Origin: Ostreococcus lucimarinus | Taxonomy: Eukaryota | Assembly: GCA_000092065.1 (NCBI GenBank) | Contig: CP000595.1 | Direction: 5' to 3' (one strand) | Length of the DNA stretch: 64,000 nucleotides | Shown: positions 18,616-28,800 of the stretch, one piece after another | How positions within the stretch are numbered: the stretch's first letter is position 1 | How the letters are laid out: every line of letters starts with the position of its first letter | Program-made: the position numbers and the translations under genes | The notes under the pieces: model-generated | What the model saw: the letters and a program-made list of their open reading frames with translations, nothing else | Told to the model about the DNA's origin: nothing | Databases searched by the model: none

Positions 18616-21600
18616 ATGTCGACGATCGATCCGACGGCGCGCCTGGACGCGCGCGGGACGCACGCGAGAGCGGATGAGGTGCGAGCGCTGGCGAAGGATT
18701 TGACCGAGACGGCGACGCGGACGCGAGGGGCGAGCGCGGACGCGGACGCGGACGCGGTGAATCGCGCGGCGAGGGCGTGCGGGACGTTCGCGGCGCTGGG
18801 ATTGGTGGACGCCGAGGACGTCGTGAGGGACGGGAAGAGAGGCGGGGCGGTGGACGCGGCGGCGCGCGGCGCGGGGGACGTGACGGCGATACTGGAGGAG
18901 CACGAGACGACGTTGGTGGCGGTGTTGGACGCGTTGCCCGAGTTTTTAAACGCGGCGGCGCGCGCGCTCGCGATGCGATTGCGCAGTCACGCGCCCGCGG
19001 GATCGTCGACGGTGGCGGAGGTGGAGCGTGTGTTGAAGATTCGCGAATTGCGCAGCGCGTTTGCGTTTAACAAGGTGATTGCGAAGAAGTTTCACGAGTT
19101 TATGCGCGTGCATTTCGACGCCGACTCCCCCGCGGGCGTGGCGGTGGCCAAGCTCGGGTGGGCGCTTTACGTGTGCGCCAAGTGCGAGTCTTTACCGACG
19201 TTTCCAGATTTGTACTCGTGCTACCACTTGCTCGTCGCCGTGGAGGCGTTTTTGTTAATCAACGCCCCGCGAGAGTCGTTGAGAACGTCGCTGAAGAATA
19301 TGGTGAGCATGACGGCCAAGGACGAGACGACGAAGCTTCCAGATCCGCTTGCCAGTCTCAGTTTGGCGTCGAAAGCCAAGAAGGATACCGTGCGCGCGAT
19401 GTCAGACGCCGTGCTCAAGGTGGTGAAAGCGTCGTTCCCGGAGGCTACGATGGATGCGTCGAAACACTTTGACGACGTCGCGCCGAGCGACATGTGCGCA
19501 CAAGGCGTCTTCGACGGCGAACGGGACGTGTCTGCATCCGTCGTCGAGCGTTACTCTCGCGTCGCGTCGGAAACGTTTGGCCGTCTCGCCGTTGACGAGA
19601 CGTTGTACTTGTACACGGAGATGACGAGCGCAGAGTCGCGAGGAAGGAAAATCATCGGCGATCTCGCCGATTGCAAGACGACAACGACGTACGGATCGAT
19701 GGCCACGCCCGCTCGTCGCAAGCGCGTGGCGCCTTTCTCGCCAATCAGACCGAAGAAAATTCCCATACACGGCGTCCCGCCGAGTCCGATGCACTCGTTG
19801 CGCGGGATCATGGCGAGCGGCGTTGGCGGCGTCGCCGCGACGCCGATTAGTCAAGCCATGGCGAGCGCATCGTGGTTACAAGACGTCGTGTGTGGCAGCT
19901 CAGATCTCGAGACGAAAACTGCAGAGTTACAACGCTTCGTTCCGGACAATCCCGAAATCGTGCAAGCGTTGAAGAAAAAAGTCACAAACTTTGGGCAAAG
20001 AATAGGACAAGCGATCCGCGAGGACGCGCTGGTGACGACTATGCGCACGGACATCAGTCCGCACAGCACGGTGATGGATGAGTTAGTCAAACAGCGAACA
20101 TCCGAGGTGTCGCACGTCTTCTTTTACTTTTTGAATCGCATTTTGAAGGACGAACTCGAGCGAATCGCCGGGGACAAGAAGGATGTCAACTTTACCACCT
20201 TGCTCGCGAGCGACCGCTTCACAAAGTCGTTGGTGACGTGCTGCATGGAAGTCGTCGTTTCCACGTACAAGACGTCCACGTTGGCGTTTCCGGCGACGAC
20301 ACACTTGATGGGAATTCACCCGTTCGATTTAGCGACCATCATCGAACCCTTTGTGCGCGCAGACATGAGCATGCCGCGCGAGATTCAGCGACACTTCAAC
20401 TCGCTCGAGGAAAAGACGCTCGAGCGCCTGGCGTGGTGCAAGGGATCGACGTTGTTTGAGTTTTTGAAAACGTTTCACGAGAGCGCGCGTGGCAGTGGTG
20501 GAGCGTCGACGGCATTGCCGGGACGAACGGCGCCTAGGTCACCGCAAGCGCCCAAACGCGTGAGCACACCCGTCTTGAACGTGGCGTCTGTGGCGGAGGT
20601 CGCGGCGATTGGCGGCACCGAGCGCGAAGGCTCGTCGGGCGATGACGCAGACCTCGTCATGGCGCAGTGTCAATCGCCAGTGCGACGCGCACCGACGAGC
20701 GCGTTTTCAGCGTTTTCGTCTCCTTTGCGTGGTGCGACGACGCCGCGTCGGCGGGTGTCTCGAGGCGAACCGTTGCCCGTGCGTTTCGCCGCCGTTCGAA
20801 ATCACACCGTCGAACAGCCGAGTGGGTGCGACGTGTGTGCGTTCAAGGCGCTCCGAATGTTCTTTGCCAAGGTTATGCATCTTGCGGCGAGACGTTTAGG
20901 GGACTTGGCGTCGAGATTAAACTTGTCAACGGACGTCACGCGCGACATTTACGCATTGATTGAACACGTCGTGTACGAACAGACTAATCTCGTGTACAAC
21001 AGGCACATCGATCAAATCATCTTGGTCTCGGTCTACGGTGTGTGCAAGGCGAGCGCTGGGATTTCCTCGAACTCGCTGCAGTTCAAGGATATCATATACC
21101 AATACTCCAAGCAGCCGCAATCGAGCGAAGAGATATTCTGGGCCGTGGTGTTGGAGCAAAACGACCCCGAGCTCGAAGTCGTCAATCGGGGCGACATCAT
21201 TTCCTTTTACAACAAGGTCTTCGTCGGGCGGGTTAAGGAGTTTTTGTTGACGCTCCGCGAGCGCCCTGCGCGAGATACGACCAATCTAGATACCGATGGT
21301 GGCGAGCAAGGAAATACCGTGAGCGTAGACGACGCGCTTCCGTTTGGGTTGTCGTCGCCTCGGCGGCGTTTACCCATCGACAACCAAAACATTTACGTGT
21401 CGCCAATGCGTCCCGAACGCGTTGCCAGCATGCTCCACGAAGGCGCACCGCCAACGCCACGCACGCGAAGCCTGTTTGCCACTATCGGTGAGAGCGTGTA
21501 CGCATATACATCACCGTCAAGTGACTTTGAAGCAATCAATCGCAAGCTACTGATGGACAAGCCGAAACCGCCGAAGGGACGCTTCGCCCCGAACGTCCCG

Positions 21601-21624
21601 AAATTCGGTGAACACGATCGTTGA
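18616..21624 (+). CDS. RBR: Retinoblastoma-related pocket protein (RB/RBR; A and B pocket domains + C-terminal region)
   Basis: A-box LVTCCMEVVVSTYKTSTLAFPATTHLMGIHPFDLATIIEPFVRADMSMPREIQRHFNSLEEKTLERLAW matches human RB LLACALEVVMATYS...[50 protein letters not shown]. B-box NRHIDQIILVSVYGVCK, IISFYNKVFVGRVKEFLL, NIYVSPM and TPRTRSLFATIGES match human HLDQIMMCSMYGICK, IIVFYNSVFMQRLKTNIL, NIYISPL, TPRSRILVSIGES. The track ORF opens at 18109 but the upstream part is the repeat-encoded R-rich leader; the first ATG is 18616. Confidence 0.85.
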   Translation: MSTIDPTARLDARGTHARADEVRALAKDLTETATRTRGASADADADAVNRAARACGTFAALGLVDAEDVVRDGKRGGAVDAAARGAGDVTAILEEHETTLVAVLDALPEFLNAAARALAMRLRSHAPAGSSTVAEVERVLKIRELRSAFAFNKVIAKKFHEFMRVHFDADSPAGVAVAKLGWALYVCAKCESLPTFPDLYSCYHLLVAVEAFLLINAPRESLRTSLKNMVSMTAKDETTKLPDPLASLSLASKAKKDTVRAMSDAVLKVVKASFPEATMDASKHFDDVAPSDMCAQGVFDGERDVSASVVERYSRVASETFGRLAVDETLYLYTEMTSAESRGRKIIGDLADCKTTTTYGSMATPARRKRVAPFSPIRPKKIPIHGVPPSPMHSLRGIMASGVGGVAATPISQAMASASWLQDVVCGSSDLETKTAELQRFVPDNPEIVQALKKKVTNFGQRIGQAIREDALVTTMRTDISPHSTVMDELVKQRTSEVSHVFFYFLNRILKDELERIAGDKKDVNFTTLLASDRFTKSLVTCCMEVVVSTYKTSTLAFPATTHLMGIHPFDLATIIEPFVRADMSMPREIQRHFNSLEEKTLERLAWCKGSTLFEFLKTFHESARGSGGASTALPGRTAPRSPQAPKRVSTPVLNVASVAEVAAIGGTEREGSSGDDADLVMAQCQSPVRRAPTSAFSAFSSPLRGATTPRRRVSRGEPLPVRFAAVRNHTVEQPSGCDVCAFKALRMFFAKVMHLAARRLGDLASRLNLSTDVTRDIYALIEHVVYEQTNLVYNRHIDQIILVSVYGVCKASAGISSNSLQFKDIIYQYSKQPQSSEEIFWAVVLEQNDPELEVVNRGDIISFYNKVFVGRVKEFLLTLRERPARDTTNLDTDGGEQGNTVSVDDALPFGLSSPRRRLPIDNQNIYVSPMRPERVASMLHEGAPPTPRTRSLFATIGESVYAYTSPSSDFEAINRKLLMDKPKPPKGRFAPNVPKFGEHDR

Positions 21625-21810
21625 GGTTTTGTCTCTTGAATCGGAGTTGTTTTAGAACTGTACAATACACGTCTTCCGTAAACACAATCGCCCTCGAGTC
21701 TTCGCTCTCGAGCGCTTCGTCTCGTCCTCGTGTGACTGTTCACGTTCCTCGGGCGAGGAGAAGTGTCACTCGCCACTTCACCGCGCGCGAGCAGACGCAG
21801 AACGAACACC

Positions 21811-22461
21811 ATGAAGCTTCAAAAAATCGCATTGACGACGTGCGCGACGCTCTTGATGGCCACGAGCGCTATCGGCGCCGAGATGCGTGGTACGACGGCT
21901 TCGAGCGCGCGGCGACTGCTGCAACAAGCAGAGACCAACGACGCCGACGCTGATTCTCAAGCGCGCATCGATCGCATCAATTGGCTCGGTCGCGCTGTGG
22001 TAGAAAATGGCGCGTTCCAGTTTTGGACCAAGAACGCCTCTGGGTACTACACCGCCGTCAACGACTACTATGTCAAATCTTTCGAGCTCGAATCCGACGC
22101 CGACGTCGTCGGCAAGACGGACGTCCAACTGATCGTGCTTGTCGCCGGCGATCGCACGATCGAGGACTTTGAAGACGCCAAACCCGATGAAACACTCGAC
22201 TCCATCGCTTCTGCGTACCGCGAACACGATATGATGGTACAGGAAACCGGAAAAGCGACTCGATTCAACGAGCGCGTGATCGCGGACGACCGCGTGTACG
22301 ACGTCGTCGCCATCAAAGCTCCATTCGAAGGCGGGACGGTCGGGATCGCTATCCCGCGCAACGCCGATGACGACATCAACGTCGTCGTCACGAGCGAATC
22401 CGACGACGACGAATCCGACGACGACGAATCCGACGACGACGAATCCGACGACGACGACTAG
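21811..22461 (+). CDS. Hypothetical secreted protein with signal peptide and C-terminal (ESDDD)4 acidic repeat
   Basis: MKLQKIALTTCATLLMATSAIGA is a classic signal peptide. The tail ESDDDESDDDESDDDESDDDD is encoded by 4 x gaatccgacgacgac (22393-22455). Confidence 0.5.
   Translation: MKLQKIALTTCATLLMATSAIGAEMRGTTASSARRLLQQAETNDADADSQARIDRINWLGRAVVENGAFQFWTKNASGYYTAVNDYYVKSFELESDADVVGKTDVQLIVLVAGDRTIEDFEDAKPDETLDSIASAYREHDMMVQETGKATRFNERVIADDRVYDVVAIKAPFEGGTVGIAIPRNADDDINVVVTSESDDDESDDDESDDDESDDDD
22393..22455. repeat. 15-bp coding microsatellite (gaatccgacgacgac)x4
   Basis: Directly visible. It translates as ESDDD in the gene frame and as PTTTN in the overlapping upstream extension of the next ORF. 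Confidence 0.85.
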
Positions 22462-22645
22462 TCCAGTCGCCGACCGACGCGCCAACCGTCGCGCCGGCTC
22501 GATCGCGCAAGACTCTCGATCGCGCTCGCCGCTCGAACGAATCGAATCGAATCACGACGAAATCAATCCGCGAGATCTCCGCACCGCGCCTCGCGGCGTC
22601 TTCGCTCGTCGTCGCGTCGCCGCGCCGCACACCGCCGCTCGCGTC

Positions 22646-23359
22646 ATGCTCGAAACCCTCGGCGTCGCGCTCGACGCCGACGCGCGCCACCCGGCGCGCG
22701 CGCTCGCCATCGTCGACCACCTGGACGCCCCCGGGACGTGGCTCTTCGCCTCGTTCGTCGCGTACGCGTGCGAACGAAGCCCGGTGGTGGTGCTCTGCGT
22801 GGAGCACCACCCGAGTGAAATCACCGCGCTGGCGCGTAAAATCGCGCGCGGCGCGCGAGATTCGGTGTCAAACGCCCTCTCGCGCGGCTCGTGCGCGTTC
22901 GTGGACGCGTTCACGACGGCGAGGACGACGACGGGGGACGGGTTGACGGGGACGCTGCGGGACGTTCGGGACGCGGCGGCGGCGACGACGCGCGCGGCGG
23001 GATCGGGACGCGTCTGCGTCTGCGTCGATGGGCTCGATGGGCTGGTTATGAGCGAATGCGCGGATGATGCGATGGAGTTGGAGCGGTTCTTGGACGCGGT
23101 CTCGCGCGAGGCGGGGGAGGAGGTTGATTTGGTGACGCTGTCGCACTGGGACGTCGGCGCGGTCGAGGCGTGGTTGGCGGAGAGCGCGGATTGTGAGATT
23201 CGCTTGGAGCCTTTGCGTACGGGGAGCGCGGAAGACGCGCAGGGAATGTGTCAGACGACGCATAGGAATAGCGCGTGGCGTGCGAAAGGGGCGGCGAGAC
23301 GCTCGAGGGCGGGATTCGCGTTGACGGAGCTCGGCGCCAAGTTGGAGCGTCGGCGTTGA
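22646..23359 (+). CDS. Elongator ELP5/ELP6-like protein (RecA-like fold), tentative
   Basis: LAIVDHLDAPGTWLFASFVAYACERSPVVVLCVEHH resembles the conserved N-terminal block of ELP6 (LLCD...GSFLVHHFLSFYLKANCKVCFVAL). DLVTLSHWDVGAVEAWL...EIRLEPLRTGSAEDAQG resembles the ELP6 C-terminal block (LVHDSGDAED...HLILRAEGLATGF). Weak, recall-based call. Start at Met 22646; the ORF track extends upstream over the repeat. Confidence 0.35.
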   Translation: MLETLGVALDADARHPARALAIVDHLDAPGTWLFASFVAYACERSPVVVLCVEHHPSEITALARKIARGARDSVSNALSRGSCAFVDAFTTARTTTGDGLTGTLRDVRDAAAATTRAAGSGRVCVCVDGLDGLVMSECADDAMELERFLDAVSREAGEEVDLVTLSHWDVGAVEAWLAESADCEIRLEPLRTGSAEDAQGMCQTTHRNSAWRAKGAARRSRAGFALTELGAKLERRR

Positions 23360-23410
23360 TGTCGTCGTAGTGTTGTAAAATACAAGCTGTAGGAATTCGT
23401 TTGCTAGTGA

Positions 23411-25576
23411 TTACGCTTCTTCTTCTGCAGCCTCGGGTTCGACGTTTTCGTCCGCAGCAGTCTTCGAGGGCGTCGCCTTGAGCACCGAGGGCGGCGCGTC
23501 GACGTCCATGGGATCGTCGTTCATCTCCAACTCTTGGAGCGGCGTCTCTTCTCGGGCATCCAACTCGACGGGTGCGGCGACGGTGGCCGGTTCTTCGACG
23601 ACCTGCGACGTCGTCGTCGTGGTCGTGGTCGCTTCGGCAGCGTCGTGTACTCTAGTGAAATCCGTGTTCAATTCGACGACGTCCTCGAGCTCGCTCACGT
23701 CGAGCGGCGCCTCTTCGACGACTCGCTCTTCTTCAATGGACCTCGCACCCTCCTCTTCCGCCTCGGCGGCGGCCTCCGCCGCGAGCTCGGCCGCTAATTC
23801 ACGCTCTACTTCCGCCACGGCTTCATCCGCTTCGCGCTCGGCCTGACGTTCCACTTCGTCGTCATCCAATTCTTCCGTGGCGACGACGACCTCCGCCTCG
23901 ATGACATCCTTACTAGCTTGCGCCTCGTCCTCCGCGATTTCTTCTGGCGAGCGGTTGGCGGCGATGACGTTGCTCATGATATTCGCCACCGTTGACGCGA
24001 CGAACGCTTCGTTCGCGGCTCGCTCTTCAGCCTCCTTGATAGCCTTTGGCTTGCGTCCGCGTTTCTTTTGCTTCTTTGCGCCGCCGCGAAGAGCGTCTTC
24101 GTCGACGTCTTCTTCGCGCATCAAAGGCACACCGCGACCAGGGGCAGGAGCAATGCTCGTCGACAGCGGATTGATGCCGTACCTCTCCGCCCACGACGCT
24201 GGTGGCGGCGGCGGCATCAAGCCGTAACGCACGCCGCGACGATCCAAAGGCGAGGGGTCGGGAAGACTGCCGCCGAGATCGCGCAGCGCCTCCGCCGGGC
24301 GAAGTCGCGACACGCGGAACGGTTGCGAAGGACCACCCGGGGTCTTACGCGGCCAAATCGGGTTTGCCGTGCGTCGTTCGATCTGCGTGACCGTGGGCAA
24401 GGAGTTGTGGACTCGTTGGTACACCTTGGTCTCTCCGCGCCAATACTCGAGTGGCTTGGATCGTTGACGCGTCGATCGTCGCACGCCACCCTCGGTTGCT
24501 TGTAAACCGGCCAAGGCGAGCGACTTGCGGCGCTCCATCTCGGCGCGAAGGCGCTTGTGCGGCACACCTGCGGTGGTGCGCTTGCGCGGCGCCGGTGGTT
24601 CGGGAAATCCGTCGTCGTCGTACGCCGCGACGTCGTCGTAGCCGAGATCCATATCCTCCTCGCCGTAAAAGTCCGCGAGCGGCGGTTCGTCGCGCTGCGA
24701 ATTGGCGAAGTGTGACACGCCCTGCATCTCTTCCGGCAACCCCTCGGGGTATTCGGCGTGCATCATCATCGCCAACGCCTCGGCCGCGTTCGGCGTACCC
24801 GCGCTCGACAGCCGTCCCGCCTTTGACTTGGACCCGTTCGGCGTCGCCGCCGCGTCGTGCAAAATGTGCGTCGACGGCCTGAACATCGGTCGCGGGCCGT
24901 CCATCGAACCGGTGTTCACCGTAAACGGATTCACATTCGACCCACCGCTGCCGCTACCGCTCCCCGCGCTCGCGTGCGAATCCTCTCCAATCTCCACGAT
25001 GCTCACGCCGTTCGGCGCCGAAAACGCCTCCCCGCCGCTCCCGTTCGACACGTCCATATCGCTCGAACTTTTCTGCTTCATGATCCCCGGAATGTTCACC
25101 CTGATCACGAACGGTCGCGCGCGCACCTCCCGCCCGGTTCCACGTCGCAACCGCAGCCGTTCCCGTCGACTCGCTCGCGGCGCGTACGCGCCCGCCGGCT
25201 TGCCTCCCGCCGCCGCCGCCGCCGCCGCCGCCGCGCGCGCCGCGCGCAACTGCGCCAACCGCGTCGTCGTGCCTACCGCGCCATCGCCCCGCGCGAGCGT
25301 TTTCGTCAGTCCTCGTTCCTCGCGCTCGTCCCGCCCCGTCGCGTCCGTCGCATCGTTCTCCGCACCATCCTTCGCGCGCGTCTCGCCTCGCGCCGTTTTT
25401 AAATCAACGGTCGGCGCCACCTCGCCCCGGTCATCCATCGTCTTGAACGACACCCGTCGCGGCCGCGACGCGCGTCGCGCGCGCGCGTCGTCGACGTCGG
25501 CGTCGAAACGCTTTTCGCGCGTTCCCGCGTCGTCGCCGCGGGCGTTCGCGTCGCGCGGCGCGAGCGGCGTCGACAT
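23411..25576 (-). CDS. CENP-C-motif kinetochore protein (CENP-C-like); acidic low-complexity C-terminal half, poly-Ala tract
   Basis: [25 protein letters not shown] (encoded at 24428..24484) matches the CENP-C motif (human [23 protein letters not shown]). No cupin domain was recognised. Antisense + ORF 24702..25826 is an artefact. Confidence 0.5.
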   Translation of the reverse strand: MSTPLAPRDANARGDDAGTREKRFDADVDDARARRASRPRRVSFKTMDDRGEVAPTVDLKTARGETRAKDGAENDATDATGRDEREERGLTKTLARGDGAVGTTTRLAQLRAARAAAAAAAAAGGKPAGAYAPRASRRERLRLRRGTGREVRARPFVIRVNIPGIMKQKSSSDMDVSNGSGGEAFSAPNGVSIVEIGEDSHASAGSGSGSGGSNVNPFTVNTGSMDGPRPMFRPSTHILHDAAATPNGSKSKAGRLSSAGTPNAAEALAMMMHAEYPEGLPEEMQGVSHFANSQRDEPPLADFYGEEDMDLGYDDVAAYDDDGFPEPPAPRKRTTAGVPHKRLRAEMERRKSLALAGLQATEGGVRRSTRQRSKPLEYWRGETKVYQRVHNSLPTVTQIERRTANPIWPRKTPGGPSQPFRVSRLRPAEALRDLGGSLPDPSPLDRRGVRYGLMPPPPPASWAERYGINPLSTSIAPAPGRGVPLMREEDVDEDALRGGAKKQKKRGRKPKAIKEAEERAANEAFVASTVANIMSNVIAANRSPEEIAEDEAQASKDVIEAEVVVATEELDDDEVERQAEREADEAVAEVERELAAELAAEAAAEAEEEGARSIEEERVVEEAPLDVSELEDVVELNTDFTRVHDAAEATTTTTTTSQVVEEPATVAAPVELDAREETPLQELEMNDDPMDVDAPPSVLKATPSKTAADENVEPEAAEEEA

Positions 25577-25890
25577 GAAGTCGGATCGTCGACCGACAGA
25601 CGGGTCGAATTCAAACGTCGCGCGACGTCGCGCGCGCGCGGTGGGAGGCGCGAGGGCGCGCGGGCGCGTCGGAGACGCGCGGCGTGGCGTCGCGGATCGA
25701 TGCGCGACGCGGGACGCGCGACGCGATGGGCGTCGAGGTGTGGGGGGCGACGACGCGACGCGCGGCGCGATGGGAGGGGAACCAACGGAATCGCGGAGGA
25801 CGAAGCGCTCGCGCCGAGGAGGTTGATTTGGATTAAAACTAAGGTGGCTAAGGGCGCGAAACGCGCGATGTGGGCGAGAAATAATGTATT

Positions 25891-28800
25891 TTATTCGCGC
25901 GCGGTCGAGGACGAAGCGCCGCCGAAGCCGAAAAATTTGCCCAGACGGGACGCCGAGGAGGCGGCTTCGGCGCGCTCGCGATCGGCTCGGCTGGGAGCGC
26001 GCGCGAACGCGCGAGGTCGGGCGACGCTTTCGTCGTCGACGACGGTCGTGGTGACCTTGCGGACTCGAGCGATGCGCTCGCGCTCGGGCTTTGGCGGCGG
26101 TGGCGAAGATGGGGTGAAAGCGCGTGGTTTGGCGATGGGCGCGTCGTCGTCGACGCGCCTCTTGGTCACCTTGCGAACGCGAGCGACGCGTTGGCGTTGC
26201 GCCTTCTCAATTTTGGGTTTGGTGAACGCCGGAGCGGACGGGTAGTCCTCATCGTCGATGTCATCGTCGAGTGCTTCGTCGGGGAAGCACTCGGCGCAGT
26301 AGACGTTGCCGTCTGGACCGGGCATGACGTCCTCCGGTTCCATCTCACGCGAGCAGTTCGGACACTCGAAGGGCGCCGGCGCCTTGGACGAAGCTTGTCT
26401 TGGCGCTTCGTCCATCTCAGGTTCTTCCTCGGGTACGCACCGCGGGCAGTAATCCTTCCCGCCTGGACCCGTGATGATATCGTTCAACGTACACGGTGCG
26501 TCGCAATTCGGACACGTGGGGATTGAGCGTTTTCGCTGTGGCGACCAACATTTCGGACAGAATTGCCCACCGTCGACCTTGATGACGTCTTCGGGCTCGC
26601 ACGGCGTCTCGCAGTTCGGGCACACGAACGGCTCCGGCGCGCAACGCGGGCAGTGTTTCTTGCCGTCGACGTCGCTGATCGCGACTTCTTCGGGCTCGCA
26701 CGGCGTCTCGCAGTTCGGGCACACGAACGGCTCCGGCGCGCAACGCGGGCAGTGTTTCTTGCCGTCGACGTCGCTGATCGCGACTTCTTCGGGCTCGCAC
26801 GGCGTCTCGCAGTTCGGGCACACGAACGGCTCCGGCGCGCAACGCGGGCAGTGTTTCTTGCCGTCGACGTCGCTGATCGCGACTTCTTCGGGCTCGCACG
26901 GCGTCTCGCAGTTCGGGCACACGAACGGCTCCGGCGCGCAACGCGGGCAGTGTTTCTTGCCGTCGACGTCGCTGATCGCGACTTCTTCGGGCTCGCACGG
27001 CGTCTCGCAGTTCGGGCACACGAACGGCTCCGGCGCGCAACGCGGGCAGTGTTTCTTGCCGTCGACGTCGCTGATCGCGACTTCTTCGGGCTCGCACGGC
27101 GTCTCGCAGTTCGGGCACACGAACGGCTCCGGCGCGCAACGCGGGCAGTGTTTCTTGCCGTCGACGTCGCTGATCGCGACTTCTTCGGGCTCGCACGGCG
27201 TCTCGCAGTTCGGGCACACGAACGGCTCCGGCGCGCAACGCGGGCAGTGTTTCTTGCCGTCGACGTCGCTGATCGCGACTTCTTCGGGCTCGCACGGCGT
27301 CTCGCAGTTCGGGCACACGAACGGCTCGTCTTCCGGTACATCCTCCCGCAAGCACTCGTTGCAATATTCCAAATCATCCGGACCGATGACGATTTTATTC
27401 GGCGGCTCTACGGTGATTCCGCAATTTGGACAGTTGACATCCTTTTTGCGAGGACAATTTGGCGCTTCATGATCCGTCATACCGCAGATGGAGCAGCGCG
27501 AATCCGGCATGACGAGGTTCTTGCGCGCCAACTCATCGCTCGGCTCTTCGAGCACCGCATGCACACTCGGCGACTCCGCGAGCGGTTTTCTCTCTTGTGC
27601 TTGTTTGAATTGTGCTTGAAGCGCTTCCGATGGCTTTACGGTTGGATTCGCGCGGAAGCAGAAATCGCCAAACGCGAGCATAAACTTCTTCGCGTCCAGC
27701 CGGCTCCCTTGGCAGCACAAGTACCCGTCAGGTTTTTCATCGATGGCGTGCACCCAGCCATGTCGAGCGCCGTGGTACACCCAATCAGGAGTCGACGTTG
27801 AGAAATCGCTGTAGGTTCGGAAGACCAATTCACCAAACTTGTTCAATGGACTCTCGGCACCGACGGCCCACATTGTTGCAGCCTTGAACTCCATCACTCC
27901 CATGCCATCCTTGTCGGTGAAAGCCTTGTACACAGTGCTCACAGCGCGGATGTCCTCGTCAGACGATTTGCCTTGCTTCTTCATAGCCGTCGCAAATCTC
28001 GCTTGTGCTTCGTATGCTTCGACGATATGATGCGCCTTAGGGCGAAGTATGCGTTCAATCAGCCAGCGCGTTGCGCGAGCGACGCCTCTATCTGTCAATG
28101 GCACGCGATGACCGTAGATGATCCAAGCCATGAAGACGAGGGAAGTGAGGAATTCATCCAGGTGCATTCCCCAAGCGTGCTTGATACGCAGCTCCAACCT
28201 CGGACCTTCGCTCGGACATAGCGATCCTTCAACTGAGCCAGTCTCTCGATCGAGTGTGAGACACTTGGCGAGAAGCTCGGGCGCCTTGACGGTATCGAAT
28301 ACCGATCGAACGACGGCTGAGAGCTGATTGTACTGCGAGTTCGGTAGTTTGTCCTCAATCTTGCAACTCGAGATGAGGTACATGAACTGACGGTAAGACA
28401 TGAGCAAGTGATCATCCGCACCGACGCGCGTTTCGTTGTCACTCGGACCAGACGGAATCGACGCGTATGTTTTGAACAAACCCTCCAAAAATGTCCAGTG
28501 ATTGCGAATCTCGCTCCAGACGTAATAGTTGCCATCTTCGGGCTCGAAAGAAGTCAGCACATGGTTCGGTTTGCTGATACCCTTGCGAGTAAGCGGAGCG
28601 GCATCTTGGATGAGCTCCTTACCATTGTTGCGGTAACGCAGAATCGTTCGTTCAAGAGGTTTTGAATTGCTGTCCGCAAGCATTCTGCGCAAGTCGAGCA
28701 CCGTCATTTCCGGATTTTCGTGAACAAGATTAGATTGGAGCACCGGTTGCGCCAACACTGGCCCTTCTTCAATATCCGGTCGAGCGTACATTCGTTCATC

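Noticed and set aside
26584-27328. Possibility that the perfect direct repeats are a CRISPR array
   Set aside because: No spacers (units are contiguous and 99 bp); eukaryotic context; the repeats are in-frame coding sequence.
26471-27801. + strand ORFs of 333 and 412 aa inside the 99-bp tandem repeat
   Set aside because: Pure repeat artefacts. The periodic sequence has no stop in several frames. The minus-strand frame is continuous with the rest of the 3,246-aa gene and encodes sensible zinc-ribbon units.
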